This document shows, piece after piece, positions 40,764-53,964 of a stretch of 64,000 bases of DNA. A model generated the notes under the pieces. That model saw only the letters and a program-made list of their open reading frames with translations, did no database searches and was not told the DNA's origin. Numbering within the stretch: position 1 is the stretch's first letter; the number at the start of each line of letters is the position of its first letter. This DNA is from Macrostomum lignano (taxonomy: Eukaryota): positions 53,172 through 117,171 of the forward strand of contig NIVC01003727.1 of NCBI GenBank assembly GCA_002269645.1, written 5' to 3'. The translations under genes and the position numbers were made by a program.

Positions 40764-42097
40764 TTCGTTTTGATATGTTGTAAGTGGAGTTTACGAAAAG
40801 ATATGCAGATTGGCGCTTAGAGCAATAAACAAGCTAGCGTGCTAACTGTGGAGGAGAAAGCAAGTAAGACAATTTTGTTTCAGCAAAAGCGCACACGTAT
40901 ATATAGAAGAAAAATAGGTCAATTAACAAGAAGTTCGTAGCAAATTCTCAAATATTAAAAAGATATAAAGAATATAAAATAGTTTTTTCTTAGCAATTTC
41001 TGCAATAAGATACTTGTATATAACTAAGTACTAATGTTTAGCGTAAATTTTCTTATAACCTTTTAAAACAGGCACACAAAATCCGGCGTATTTTTGCATA
41101 ATAAAAATTCCCATAAAATTGTATGCTTTCTAAGCAATAAAATTTTATATTTTTCTTGAGCATTGTTTTGAGTTTTGTCGATAAACGCATGTAGTTATGT
41201 GCACATTTCATTTTTCGATAAATCAGTAAGTAGTTCGTATCCAGTTGGTTTTATTTCGTGCTGCGGTAACTTTTCAAATTGAGCAATTTACGAGAAAATT
41301 TAAAGAGACACTCTGAAGAAATAGATATTTTTATGTAGTACTACAAGGTTAAAGAATCGATTCCTTGTAATAGTTTGTCTACCTATTCACCTATACTAAA
41401 TATCTAATTTCCAATAACTGTATCATTTATTTTGTTATCAAATTTAATACAATCATTGTGTTGCAACTGTAGTATGCTACTAGCATGCCTACTGCCCCTT
41501 GCCCCATGGCCATGGCCCATGTCATGGCGAATGCTAACAATATTGCAAGAGAAAGAACTTCACTAACAATTATGCAATGTATTTAGTATTATTGTAAATA
41601 TTTTTAGATGCAATGCAATAATATAAATGATTCAAGTATTGCGCATACTATTAAAATAGCCATTCAAATAATACTAAAACTAAAAGCCTTTTTTTAGAGT
41701 TATTATATGCTACTATGTGGATTCTTGGTTTAAAAAATTGCTACTTTAAGTTTTGGTATAAAATTAATTCCCATTAATGTATATACAAGTTAAATTTAGT
41801 TATATAGATTGTTAAATATAATGAATTAAGTATATTTTTATATATACTTATTATATTGTTTTATATTGCCTAGATATTTTTATGAATTTATGTATTTAAC
41901 TATAGGCAATGGCCTATGCTGTTTAGTTTTATATGGCATCAAAAAAACAATTAATAAATAGTTTTGTATTACCATTTTTAATAAAAGGCTAATATAATCT
42001 TAATGTTGATAAGAACTAAAGTAAATATAAACTAGAATTCTAATTAGTTTAACTTATTTAGTTTTTTAATTAATTTTATGTTAGTTTCTTGTTTTTG

Positions 42098-42419
42098 GGG
42101 GTTGTAGGCTAGGGGGTTGTAGCCTAGTGGTTAGGGCGTCGGACTCACGACTTGAAGGTCGGGGGTTCGATTCCCGATCCCTCTGCAACAATTTGTGTCC
42201 TTGAGCAAGACACTTAACTCTGCGTTGCTTCAGTTTACCCAGCTGTAAAATGGGTACCAGCATTAGCTGGGGTAATTGAGGGTGTGTGTGGCGACCCCCC
42301 AGTCCTTGGACTGAACAGCCGTACGCAGCCTTCAGATGCGCCGCGCAATAGCTGCGGCTGAGCTGTCGGTTGCACATCTGCCCATTGGGCAGGTGTAATC
42401 AATTATATTATTATTATTA
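42098..42419 (+). mobile_element. tRNA-derived CORE-type SINE with 9-bp target-site duplication
   Basis: A box TAGCCTAGTGGTTAG and B box GGTTCGATTCC. CORE-like GTGTCCTTGAGCAAGACACTTAAC...CAGTTTACCCAGCTGTAAAATGGG. (TTA)n tail. TTGTTTTTG at both 42089-42097 and 42420-42428. Confidence 0.88.
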
Positions 42420-42748
42420 TTGTTTTTGAATTCAAAATAGCAAATTATAAATAAAATCTACTGTATATTCTATAGTATAATAAACTATATGTGTTATGAG
42501 TACTGTCACTATTATTGTTACAGTGTTTATTATATACTTTTTTCACAGAATAATAGTTTATTATTTTGTTTTTATTGTTTTTATTATATCTAACCTTACA
42601 TTTCTAGGCTGCTTAAACTATAAATTTGCTTATATCAGCTTATTGATTAAAGTATTCAAGTCTGTAATAAACCACACACATTTTCTGCAATGGATGTGAT
42701 TGCACATTACCTGTCTAGACTTGAGAATGAGTAACCCCCTCCCCACAG

Positions 42749-43263
42749 TCGCCAAGCCCAACCAACTGCACAGGAGCTGGCAAGCCGAGCAGTCCTCAAA
42801 CTTCCAGCCCAGCTCCATCTGCCTCAGTCAAGGATGCTTTAGAATTGTCGCAGACGCAGGTCTTTGTTGTGGTGCTGTGCGTTGGGCTGCTGGTGCTGTT
42901 CCTGCTGGTGCTGGACACCGTGCTGCGGCGGCGTCGGCAACCCCGGTGCTGCTGTCGGTACCGCCTCTGCTGCCAGTCGCCCGTGGCCTCCTCGCCGAGC
43001 TCCTGCCGTCTGGTGCCGTCACAGGCGGCTGTCGCAGCAGCAGCGGCGGCCGCTGACGAAGACTTCGAGCAGCGGGAGGTGGCGAGCTCCCCCGCCAGTC
43101 CGGCCCGTCCGTTTCCACGTGCTCGGCGGCTGCGGCTGCGGCGGCTGCGCTGGCGCCGACAGGTAGCGGCGGCGACTCCACGCCGCCCTGGATAGAGGAG
43201 AACTCAACCACCTCGCCGCCTTCGTACGCCTCCTGCATGCAGCCTGAGCGGACTGCGTTGTGA
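42749..43263 (+). CDS. Single-pass membrane protein with Cys-rich juxtamembrane region and C-terminal PPSY motif (frameshift near 43112 as assembled)
   Basis: Acceptor CCCCACAG at 42748 opens SPSPTNCTG...VFVVVLCVGLLVLFLLVLDTVLRRRRQPRCCCRYRLCC. Adding one T at the TTT run (43112-43114) gives ...FSTCSAAAA...SPPSYASCMQPERTAL*. No in-frame ATG found. Confidence 0.55.
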
Positions 43264-43369
43264 CTGCCGGCTGACACGCCCTGGCATTCGCATGGGGATT
43301 TTTATCCTAAAGGGAATTCTGGAGTCCTGACAGCAAATAGCTCCCTCATGCGTTCTGAAACTCTGGAAT

Positions 43370-44050
43370 CTCTAATTGACAATCCGGGAATCCCCAATTG
43401 AGAATTCTGGAATCCCTAATTGAGAATCAGGAAATCCCTAATTGAGAATCAGGGAATCCCTAATTGAGAATCAGGGAATCCCTAATTGAGAATCCGGGAA
43501 TCCCTAATTGAGAATTCTGGAATCCCTAATTGAGAATTAGGGAATCCCTAATTGAGAATTTTGGAATCCCTAACATACAAAATCTCATCAATTAAAGTCT
43601 GCTTGGATACCATATCTCCCTTCATTGAGAATCAGGGAATCCCTAATCGAGAATCCGGGAATCCCTAATTGAGAATTAGGGAATCCCTAATTGAGAATCC
43701 GGGAATCTCTAATTGAGAATCCGGAAATCTCTAATCGATAATTCTGGAATCCCTAATTGAGAATCCGGAAATCTCTAATCGATAATTCTGGAATCCCTAA
43801 TTAGAATCCGGGAATCCCTAATTGAGAATCCTGGAATCTCTAATTGAGAATTCTGGAATCCCTAATTGAGAATCCTGGAATCTCTAATCGATAATTCTGG
43901 AATCCCTAATTGAGAATCCGGGAATCTCTAATTGAGAATCCGGAAATCTCTAATTGAGAATTCTGGAATCCCTATTTGAGAAGTCTGTAATCCCTATTTG
44001 AGAAGTCTGTAATCCCTATTTGAGAAGTCTGGAATCCCTAATTGAAAATT
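43370..44050. repeat. 22-bp minisatellite (GGGAATCCCTAATTGAGAATCA)
   Basis: Tandem array with one short interruption. Confidence 0.93.
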
Positions 44051-44694
44051 GTTTAGTCCTGATCCCATACTACGAAATATCTCTTTGCTGACTCTAAGGG
44101 CCCCAAATCAGAAAATTTTTAATAAACAGCTAATCAAGTGTATCTCTGGTCGACTTCTTGTGCATTTCTCGATAGTTGAAGTTTCAGCATGTTAGTGCAG
44201 TTGTCTTCATAAATTATCACGCGTCGTTTATCAATAATCAGTCGTGGCTTATTTCGTATTGCTCAATATATTAAAGCCTTGTAGTTCGGTGTTTATATAA
44301 TTTATACTTATTAACCTGACTGCAATACTTCAAACCTTGGCAGTTGAACAATTTCTATATATTTTTGTTGTACATAGCTAGCGCATGCTTCTTTTGCCAG
44401 AGTGTTGCCTGCACTAATATCCGCTTCTAGTCTGTTTGGCGCAGTTCCGTCTAGTCAAGTTTTCGCTTTCATTTATGATTTTTCCCACTTGCATATTTAA
44501 TGTAGATAAATACAAAGAAATATTGAGCTTTGTTTATTACCAAATGCTACTGCGCAGGGTGAGCAAAGAAAACAACAACTAATCAGTTTATGGTTTTATG
44601 GTGTTCGGTTATTTTGCCTACTTGTGTGACTGTTAGACTGGATCAATTGGATTGCTAATCCAGCCAACAGGGATTTACCAGTAATGTACATGTT

Positions 44695-46062
44695 TAGAAT
44701 GGATTGCTAATCTATGCGCAGGCATTGGATTAAGGAGTAGAATGGATTGCTAATCTGTGTGCAGTCATTGGATTAAGGAATAGAATGGATTGCTAATCTG
44801 TGTGCAGTTATTGGATTAAGGAATAGAATGGATTGCTAATCTATGCGCAGTTATTGGAGTGAAGGAATAGAATGGATTGCTAATCTGTGCGCAGTTATTG
44901 GAGTGAAGGAATAGAATGGATTGCTAATCTGTGCGCAAGTCATTGGATTAAGGAATAGAATGGATTGATAATCTGTGCGCAGGCATTGGATTAAGGAGTA
45001 GAATGGATTGCTAATCTGTGTGCAGTTATTGGAGTGAGGAATAGAATTGATTGCTAATCTGTGCGCAAGTCATTGGATTAAGGAATAGAATGGATTGCTA
45101 ATCTGTGCGCAGTTATTGGAGTGAGGAATAGAATGGATTGCTAATCTGTGCGCAAGTCATTGGATTAAGGAATAGAATGGATTGCTAATCTGTGCGCAGT
45201 CATTGGATTAAGGAATAGAATGGATTGCTAATCTGTGCGCAAGTCATTGGATTAAGGAATAGAATGGATTGCTAATCTGTGCGCAGGCATTGGATTAAGG
45301 AGTAGAATGGATTGCTAATCTGTGTGCAGTCATTGGATTAAGGAGTAGAATGGATTGCTAATCTGTGCGCAGGCATTGGATTAAGGAGTAGAATGGATTG
45401 CTAATCTGTGCGCAGGCATTGGATTAAGGAATAGAATGGATTGCTAATCTGTGCGCAGTCATTGGAGTGAGGAATAGAATGGATTGCTAATCTGTGCGCA
45501 GGCATTGGATTAAGGAATAGAATGGATTGCTAATCTGTGCGCAGGCATTGGATTAAAGAATAGAATGGATTGCTAATCTGTGCGCAGTCATTGGATTAAG
45601 GAGTAGAATGGATTGCTAATCTGTGCGCAGGCATTGGATTAAGGAGTAGAATGGATTGCTAATCTGTGCGCAGGCATTGGATTAAGGAATAGAATGGATT
45701 GCTAATCTGTGCGCAGTCATTGGAGTGAGGAATATAATGGATTGCTAATCTGTGCGCAGTCATTGGATTAAGGTATAGAATGGATTGCTAATCTGTGCGC
45801 AGGCATTGGATTAAGGAATAGAATGGATTGCTAATCTCGCCAATGGGGATTTACCGTTAATGTAAAAGTATAGAATGGATTGCTAATCTGTGCGCAGTCA
45901 TTGGATTAAGGAATAGAATGGATTGCTAATCTGTGCGCAGTCATTGGATTAAGGAATAGAATGAATTGCTAATCTGTGCGCAGTCATTGGATTAAGGAAT
46001 AGAATGAATTGCTAATCTGTGCGCAGGCATTGGATTAAGGAATAGAATGGATTGCTAATCTA
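44695..46062. repeat. About 43-bp minisatellite (GAATGGATTGCTAATCTGTGCGCAGTCATTGGATTAAGGAATA)
   Basis: About 31 copies. Confidence 0.95.
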
Positions 46063-46899
46063 GCCTTCTAGCATTTCATTCACAATATTTCCGCGGCCCT
46101 GGCGCAAGGCCACTGGTGACGCAGGACTTGCGCCGGCCCCCAAAGCATTGAGAAATTTGCAGCCAGTCCTGCTAACTTCGCGCAGCAATGCCGCACTGCA
46201 CTACTGCGCGTGCGAGCGCGGCGGAAACTTCCAAGTCTTCTGCTGCCGGCCCACCTGGCTTGGGCTGCTCTCTTCCCTTGCCGCTATCTCGTTTGGCCTT
46301 GACAGCTTTACACGGCCTGCTCCGGTCTTATCCGTTATCAGCGGCATGTACAGCACTGGCTGCGTATTCAATAGAAACACGAGGAGATAAGCTGGACTGG
46401 GCATTGCGACTGACTTTAACCCGATTATGCATTATAGGGGGTCATTGTAGCTGCCTGGTTATACGAGTAATTCCCAGTTTTGAGTAACTTTAATTGAATT
46501 TGTCGTGAGACAATTTTGTTCGAGGATTGTTAATATTGATGTCGTGTTTGTTTAAATTATATCATCCATTCTGGTTAATGAAAAACATTGTATAAGTTTT
46601 GATAGTTTCAGTGTGTTAAACAATTTTTATTACATTTGTTTATCATGATCGGCTGTGAGAAGTACGAGTAGCAGAGTCGGGTAAACACGGCTGATTCACA
46701 AAAATTGAACGTAGCTGCTATAAACAAAACAAATTGCCAGAAACCGGTTATAAAGTGGCCAAAACCGGTTTGTTGTATAGTGACCAATGACCTAAGTTTT
46801 CAAGGTTCTTAACTAAACTCATGTTGGCGTTGTCTCAGGTACATTATTAGCAACTTTCCTGATTTTAAAAGTAGTTCAAATGAGTTTGAAAGAAACTAA

Positions 46900-47527
46900 A
46901 TTCTGTCACTCTCCACTCCTCATTTCTGTCACTCTCCACTCCTCATTTCTGTCACTCTCCACTCCTCATTTCTGTCACTCTCCACTCCTCAGTTCTGTCA
47001 CTCTCCACTCCTCATTTCTGTCACTCTCCACTCCTCAGTTCTGTCACTCTCCACTCCTCATTTCTGTCACTCTCCACTCATCAGTTCTGTCACTCTCCAC
47101 TCCTCATTTCTGTCACTCTCCACTCCTCAGTTCTGTCACTCTCCACTCCTCAGTTCTGTCACTGTCCACTCCTCAGTTCTGTCATTGTCCACTCCTCAGT
47201 TCTGTCATTGTCCACTCCTCAGTTCTGTCATTGTCCACTCCTCAGTTCTGTCATTGTCCACTCCTCAGTTCTGTCATTGTCCACTCCTCAGTTCTGTCAT
47301 TGTCCACTCCTCATTTCTGTCACTCTCCACTCCTCATTTCTGTCACTCTCCACTCCTCAGTTCTGTCCCTGTCCACTCCTCATTTCTGTCACTCTCCACT
47401 CCTCAGTTCTGTCACTGTTCACTCCTTATTTCTGTCACTCTCCACTCCTCATTTCTGTCACTCTCCACTCCTCATTTCTGTCACTCTCCACTCCTCATTT
47501 CTGTCACTCTCCACTCCTCATTTCTGT
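46900..47527. repeat. 23-bp minisatellite (TTCTGTCACTCTCCACTCCTCAT/G)
   Basis: Tandem array. Confidence 0.95.
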
Positions 47528-48294
47528 CGCCTTGCACTTCCCGCTAATCACCCTTCACTCCATACTTTGTCATCCTCCAATCTTGCTGGGATGAGAAATT
47601 GCTGTGATTTCATGGCTCATCGGGAAATTGCTGAGATTTCATGGCTCATCGGGAAATTGCTGAGATGCTGTTTCTCAAGGGGATGCTGATATCTTAGACT
47701 AGACTAATCTGGCTTTTAGGGCTGATGCTTTTTTGCTGTAAAAATCTTTTTTCTTTAGAGATCAACAATGGTGACTATGCAAGGTCAGAAACTAAATGTA
47801 TCGTTTATTTTAAAAATTGCAGATTGCTAGACTGCTAGTAGTAATTCCATATTTTGATTAAAAGTTCAAAGTTTTTTCTACCAAGAAAAATAATTCAAGG
47901 ATTCCCCCTTTCCGACCGTCATCGCTCATTCTTAGCGATGGAATTTTCCACGTTCACTGCCACAAGGCGGCAGGCTGGCCCGGCCGGTGGAGATTCCCCC
48001 AGCTTGGGGTCTGGGAAAGCCCCGCCCCGAGTGTGTCTAAAAATAGATTGGGCGTGCACTCCGGCGCAACCCCTCTCCGTTGAAAGTGAAATCCATGCAG
48101 TTTGTGACGAAAAGTTTTTTAAATTAGACTGGAATATTTTCCAGCTTTACATGTAACAGGACAGTTTCTACAGAAGAAAATTAATCAAGCTAAAACTTTG
48201 TTCACGCGTTAAACTACACTGTGTTACCACTTTTCGTTAGACTTTTGATCTGCGCCACGAGTGAGGTATTACAATACATTTGAAAATATTTCTT

Positions 48295-48905
48295 TCAGTG
48301 TCAGGAGAGACAGTGAGGTGTCAGGAGAGACAGTGAGGTGTCAGGAGAGACAGTGAGGTGTCAGGAGAGACAGTGAGGTGTCAGGAGAGACAGTGAGGTG
48401 TCAGGAGAGACAGTGAGGTGTCAGGAGAGACAGTGAGGTGTCAGGAGAGACAGTGAGGTGTCAGGAGAGACAGTGAGGTGTCAGGAGAGACAGTGAGGTG
48501 TCAGGAGAGACAGTGAGGTGTCAGGAGAGACAGTGAGGTGTCAGGAGAGACAGTGAGGTGTCAGGAGAGACATTGAGGTGTCAGGAGAGACAGTGAGGTG
48601 TCAGGAGAGACAGTGAGGTGTCAGGAGAGACAGTGAGGTGTCAGGAGAGACATTGAGGTGTCAGGAGAGACAGTGAGGTGTCAGGAGAGACAGTGAGGTG
48701 TCAGGAGAGACAGTGAGGTGTCAGGAGAGACAGTGAGGTGTCAGGAGAGACAGTGAGGTGTCAGGAGAGACAGTGAGGTGTCAGGAGAGACAGTGAGGTG
48801 TCAGGAGAGACAGTGAGGTGTCAGGAGAGACATTGAGGTGTCAGGAGAGACAGTGAGGTGTCAGGAGAGACAGTGAGGTGTCAGGAGAGACAGTGAGGTG
48901 TCAGT
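48295..48905. repeat. 20-bp near-perfect minisatellite (GAGGTGTCAGGAGAGACAGT), about 30 copies
   Basis: Only three copies carry a G-to-T variant, indicating a recent expansion. Confidence 0.97.
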
Positions 48906-49299
48906 TAGGCCAGGCCAGTGAGATGTCAGGAGTAGTAAGATGTCAGTGGAGGCGTCTTCAAAGAATTAGTTTCTGCTTCAAGTGCATTAAGAAAATAGAA
49001 GGCTTATTCCTACGCATTTTAATTATTACATTTTCACACGCTCTACTCGCAGTAGCAATAACAATTTTTTAATATTTACAGTGAGGTAAAAAAAAACACA
49101 GGCTATCCACATGTTATAGAGCCATGGAAACTACCGGTACTACCGGGTGCCTTAATCAAGGACAACTAGAAAAAAGCTATTGATCTCTTCTTTGAAACAT
49201 CTTCTGGGGTACTTGAGGGAGATGCGCTGGTGCCATTCGCTGGTGCCGTTCGGGTTTGTCCAGGGGCTTTGACTGGGTGCTACCGACTGCTCTTCTCAA

Positions 49300-49960
49300 C
49301 CTGTGACCCTCTCTGGGGACAGTGACCTTAGCAACCGCATAGGCTCAGTGACCCCCACTAGGGACAGTGACCCTAGCAACCGCATAGGCTCAGTGACCCC
49401 CACTAGGGACAGTGACCCTAGCAACTGCATACATGTAGGCTCAGTGACCCCCACTAGGGACAGTGACCCTAGCAATCGCATAGGCTCAGTGACCCCCACT
49501 AGGGACAGTGACCCTAGCAACCGCATACATGTAGGCTCAGTGACCCCCACTAGGGACAGTGACCCTAGCAACCGCATACATGTAGGCTCAGTGACCCCCA
49601 CTAGGGACAGTGACCCTAGCAACCGCATACATGTAGGCTCAGTGACCCCCACTAGGGACAGTGACCCTAGCAACCGCATACATGTAGGCTCAGTGACCCC
49701 CACTAGGGACAGTGACCCTAGCAACCGCATACATGTAGGCTCAGTGACCCCCACTAGGGACAGTGACCCTAGCAACCGCATACATGTAGGCTCAGTGACC
49801 CCCACTAGGGACAGTGACCCTAGCAACCGCAAACATGTAGGCTCAGTGACCCCCACTAGGGACAGTGACCCTAGCAACCGCATACATGTAGGCTCAGTGA
49901 CCCCCACTAGGGACAGTGACCCTAGCAATCGCATAGATTCAGTGACCCCTTTTAGCGACA
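49300..49960. repeat. 45/51-bp minisatellite (GTGACCCTAGCAACCGCATACATGTAGGCTCAGTGACCCCCACTAGGGACA)
   Basis: About 13 copies; two length variants differ by TACATG. Confidence 0.95.
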
Positions 49961-50207
49961 GTGAACGTCATGTCTTAAGAAAGGTCTAATTATGTATGAT
50001 GATTTTCTATCCGTGCTATACAAAAAAGGTATAGGAATTAGGGGGTGGGTGCTGGGGTTGCTGTTGTGGGGTGGCTACCTGCAGGTACAGCTGCAGTGCA
50101 GCTAGCTTGTATACAGTATATATACACATATTTGCGCCACAAAGCTAACCTTCTCGATTCCATTGTCCGAAAACTGTTCTCATAAAACTTTGCACATATA
50201 CGTAGAA

Positions 50208-53200
50208 ATGGCACAATCCAATGCTGAGTTTAGCAAACCTTTTGTAGGCAAATTGTTGCAGAATTTGTTTGGCCACGAGACCTCAACTAAACTGCAGTCG
50301 GCGAGTGTCAAGGGCGTCGATGCTGGGTCTCTGCAGGCCTACATTGTTGGTAAGCTCAAATCCATTCTGATTTAGTTCTGAAATGGAGCGTTCAGATTAA
50401 CATTAGAGAATATTAGTCTAATTTTGGTCTAAATCATATATGAGAAAAATCATCTAAAATTTAGTGCTTAGAATATTGAAAACGCTACAAATCTTTTTGG
50501 AATATTTCAAGTCGTAAAAAGTGTAGAATGAATGTTTATTAAAACTTTAATGTTAAAAAATTTCGGTTCCATGTTCAGATTTAGGCTGTCTCTCAGTGTG
50601 CACTAGCTCTTTTACGAGCTATTATTGTCAACTGTGCAATTGCCATACTGAAGTACCCTGTGAGTCTGCCTGACTGCTGCTATTGAATTCAACAGTGCTG
50701 TACGCGCCTACAATGGAAGCTAAGGAGGCTTTAAGCAAGTATCTGGAGTGCCCATTCTCCCCCAAATGGCCATTTTTATGAGGCACCTCAAGCACGTTTA
50801 AACAAAAAACACCAACTGCGTATATAAGTTTTTTTATAAGCCTTAGAAGTACCGCGTTTAAAGCCCAAGCTAACCAACTCTTTGCTAATAAGATATCCCT
50901 TTAAAGTATCCCATCTGTCCAATCAGCATTTCAATACTTTGAAAGATCCAACAGTACCCCTTACAGAACCCTTTACAGTACCCCTTACAGAACCCTTTAC
51001 AGTACCCCTTACAGAACCCTTTACAGTACCCCTTACAGAACCCTTTACAGTACCCCTTACAGAACCCTTTACAGTACATGTACCCCCCCCCCACAGTACC
51101 CACTACACACAACAGAACCCACCACAGAACCCTTTACAGTAAAATCTACAGAAATCCCCACAGTACCCTACAATATCTTACAGTACGATCTACAGAACCA
51201 TTTACAGTAACCCCTACAGAAATCCCTACAGTACCCCCCGTACAGAACCCTGTACAGAATCCACTACAACACCCTCAGGAAACGCTTGTCTGGCTGTCGC
51301 TTCCTGTGAATTTCCCAAATTCGCAATCTACGAAGACAGACTGCGAGCATTGCAGTTGCAGTCTGATTATTTCAACAAAGACAGCAGCAAAGAGCATTTG
51401 GAACTGCTGGCTGTCGCGGGTGCCATCGAGCTGGCGGCTTCATCAATGAAGGGCGAACCGCAAGAGCAGCAGCAGCGCTGCTTCTGCTGCGGCAGCGGAG
51501 CTCCCTGTTGCTCGGACGCCTGTCCGGTGGCTCGGCTGCTCCGCCTGCTGCCCGCAACTGCGTTGTCAGGCGAACATCTGCATAGTAAATTGTTTTACTA
51601 TGTTTCTGTAAATTTTGTGGAGATCCCATAGAATCAAGGTTTGCTGGGGGCTGAGGTCTACGCTGTCTAAAGTGTCCTAAAAAAAGTTTAGATAACATAC
51701 AGCACTGCAAGGCTTGAGGCGGAACACACGGCGTACAAGGGCACGGCGGCGCCTAGAATAAGCATTGATTCCTTAAACTGCAGGATTTGAAGCTCCCAAT
51801 CTAATGCTTTGTCCACTGGAGCTTGTGTTGCAACGTTCCGTTACGTTGATTTAAACTAAGGATGAAACAATAAAATATTAGAGGTTTTCGTATGTTCCTA
51901 GAGACGCGAAAATTGTGCAAGCAGTTGCAGTTTACAAACCACAGAATGCGATGGAAATGTAGAAAGGTTCGCTTAAGTGCAACCATAAAAAATAAGGTGC
52001 GTTTACCAGAGTTGCTAGTTGGGTGATACTGACTACTTGGCTCATTTTTGCAGCAGTAGCCAGTAGTGGGCCTAAACCACTCGTATATCAAGTATCTCAA
52101 CTATCAGCCCTTAATTGTACTCGTATTAGTTGTGCTTAAGAAATCCAGACTTCTACTAATAAGCTATGCCTCCGATACTACGCGCTCGTAGTAAGATTTC
52201 CTCGATTTTGATGAGGACAGCTCACTGCACTATGAAATTCAAACACTTTGCAGGAAAATCACCAGAAGCTACAACAGCAGCAGCTGTGGATCAGTTCTGC
52301 CAGCTGCTGGCTTCCATCTGGCACCGGCTGCAGGACTCCATAGCGGCGCGGATAGCTGTCACCTTTGGGTTCGAGATGCCTGACCTCCTGCTTGCGGTTC
52401 TGGCTCGGTGCTGCAGCCAGCCAGGCAAAGAGGGATCAGTGGAAGCTGGTCAGATCGGTCCGCTGGTTGACCAGCTCCAGGCCGGGGACCTGATCAGCAG
52501 CGTCTATCAGTATTTGACAGACGGCGGGTACTGCGGTGAGGTCTGGGCGACACTCCGTTGGAAGCTCCTGCCTGACGCTGTTGACGCCCTGCTCGGCATG
52601 GGAAAAGCTGACAGGTAAGTCTTGCACGATTCGGTAAATTGATCTTCGGAATCACTATCACGTCCACTGTCACCTTTTTAGTGAAGTAGTTGCATGCCCG
52701 CTCACCTAAATCTGTCATTTTCTCCAACCTAAATCTGTGGTGTTCTCCAAACAAAGCCTGTCATGTTGTCCAACCTAAATCTGTGGTGTTCTCCAAACTA
52801 AGCCTGTCATGTTCTCCAACCTAAATCTTTGATGTTCTCCAAACTAAGCCTGTCATGTTCTCCAACCTAAATCTGTGATGTTCTCCAAACTAAGCCTGTC
52901 ATGTTGTCCAACCTAAATCTGTGGTGTTCTCCAAACTAAGCCTGTCATGTTCTCCAACCTAAGCCTGTCATGTTCTCCAACCTAAGCCTGTCATGTTCTC
53001 CAACCTAAATCTGTGTGTTCTCCAACCTAAATCTGTATGCTCTCCAACCTAAATCTGTGATGTTCTCCAAACTAAGCCTATCATGTTGTCCAACCTAAAT
53101 CTGTGGTGTTCTCCAAACTAAGCCTGTCATGTTCTCCAACCTGAATCTTTGATGTTCTCCAAACTAAGCCTATCATGTTCTCCAACCTAAACCTGTCATG

Positions 53201-53964
53201 TTCTCCAACCTAAACCTGTCATTTTCTCCAAACGAAACCTGTCATTTTCTCCAAACTAAACCTGTCATTTTCTCCAAACTAAACCTGTCATTTTCTCCAA
53301 ACGAAACCTGTCATTTTCTCCAAACTAAACCTGTCATTTTCTCCAAACTAAACCTGTCATTTTCTCCAAACTAAACCTGTCATTTTCTCCAAACTAAACC
53401 TGTCATTTTCTCCAAACTAAACCTGTCATTTTCTCCAAACTAAACCTGTCATTTTCTCCAAACTAAACCTGTCATGTTCTCCAAACTAAACCTGTCATGT
53501 TCTCCAAACTAAACCTGCAATGTTCTCCGATCTAAATCTGATATGAAGTCCAATATGAATCCGTCAAAATCTGTCAAATACGTATTGCACTTGTGCGCAA
53601 ACTCGCCATCCCACGAATGAAACGATGCGATTCCACCACCAACGATGCGATTCCACCACCAATGTCTGTTTCTCCCAGATCGTTGGGTCTCTCTAGCCTA
53701 CAGCGGACACCCGAAGCCGCTGCACCGGCAGCAGCGGCAGCAGCGGCAGCAGCAGAAGCAGAATGCTCACCAGAGCAACGCTCTGAGCAGGACACCGACA
53801 AGCCAGACTCAAGCGCATGCAGGGCGTGTCAGTCCAACCAGGTGAACAGAGTCTGCCTGCCCTGCAGACACCTGGTGATTTGCTCGCGATGCAGTACGAG
53901 TCGGAGTCAATGCCCGAGGTGCGGAGGAAGTGTGCTGGCCTTTCTCCCGGCCTTTCTTACCTAA
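50208..53964 (+). CDS. IAP-like protein with divergent BIR, UBA-like segment and C-terminal RING, about 360 aa (exons 50208-50349, 51279-51584, 52254-52614, 53679-53964)
   Basis: BIR-like PKFAIYEDRLRAL...LAVAG...RCFCCG...CP. UBA-like SIAARIAVTFGF (cf. cIAP AVEMGF). IAP-type RING CRACQSNQVNRVCLPCRHLVICSRC...CPRC. Intron phases 1, 1 and 2 are consistent. Confidence 0.72.
50950..51262. repeat. 24-bp minisatellite (ACAGTACCCCTTACAGAACCCTTT), intronic
   Basis: Five perfect copies followed by decayed copies. Confidence 0.9.
52705..53540. repeat. About 21-bp minisatellite (CTCCAAACTAAACCTGTCATT/G), intronic
   Basis: Tandem array with alternating variants. Confidence 0.93.

Noticed and set aside
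42113-42185. tRNA gene
   Set aside because: A and B boxes are present, but it continues into a CORE domain, tail and TSD, so it is a SINE head.
46148-46487. GC-rich island with short ORFs on both strands between two minisatellites
   Set aside because: No consistent splice structure or recognisable protein.
50579-50659. Cys-rich candidate exon (DLGCLSVCTSSFTSYYCQLCNCH) in IAP intron 1
   Set aside because: Including it creates T|GA (stop) at the next junction, while exon 1 joins exon 51279 cleanly without it.
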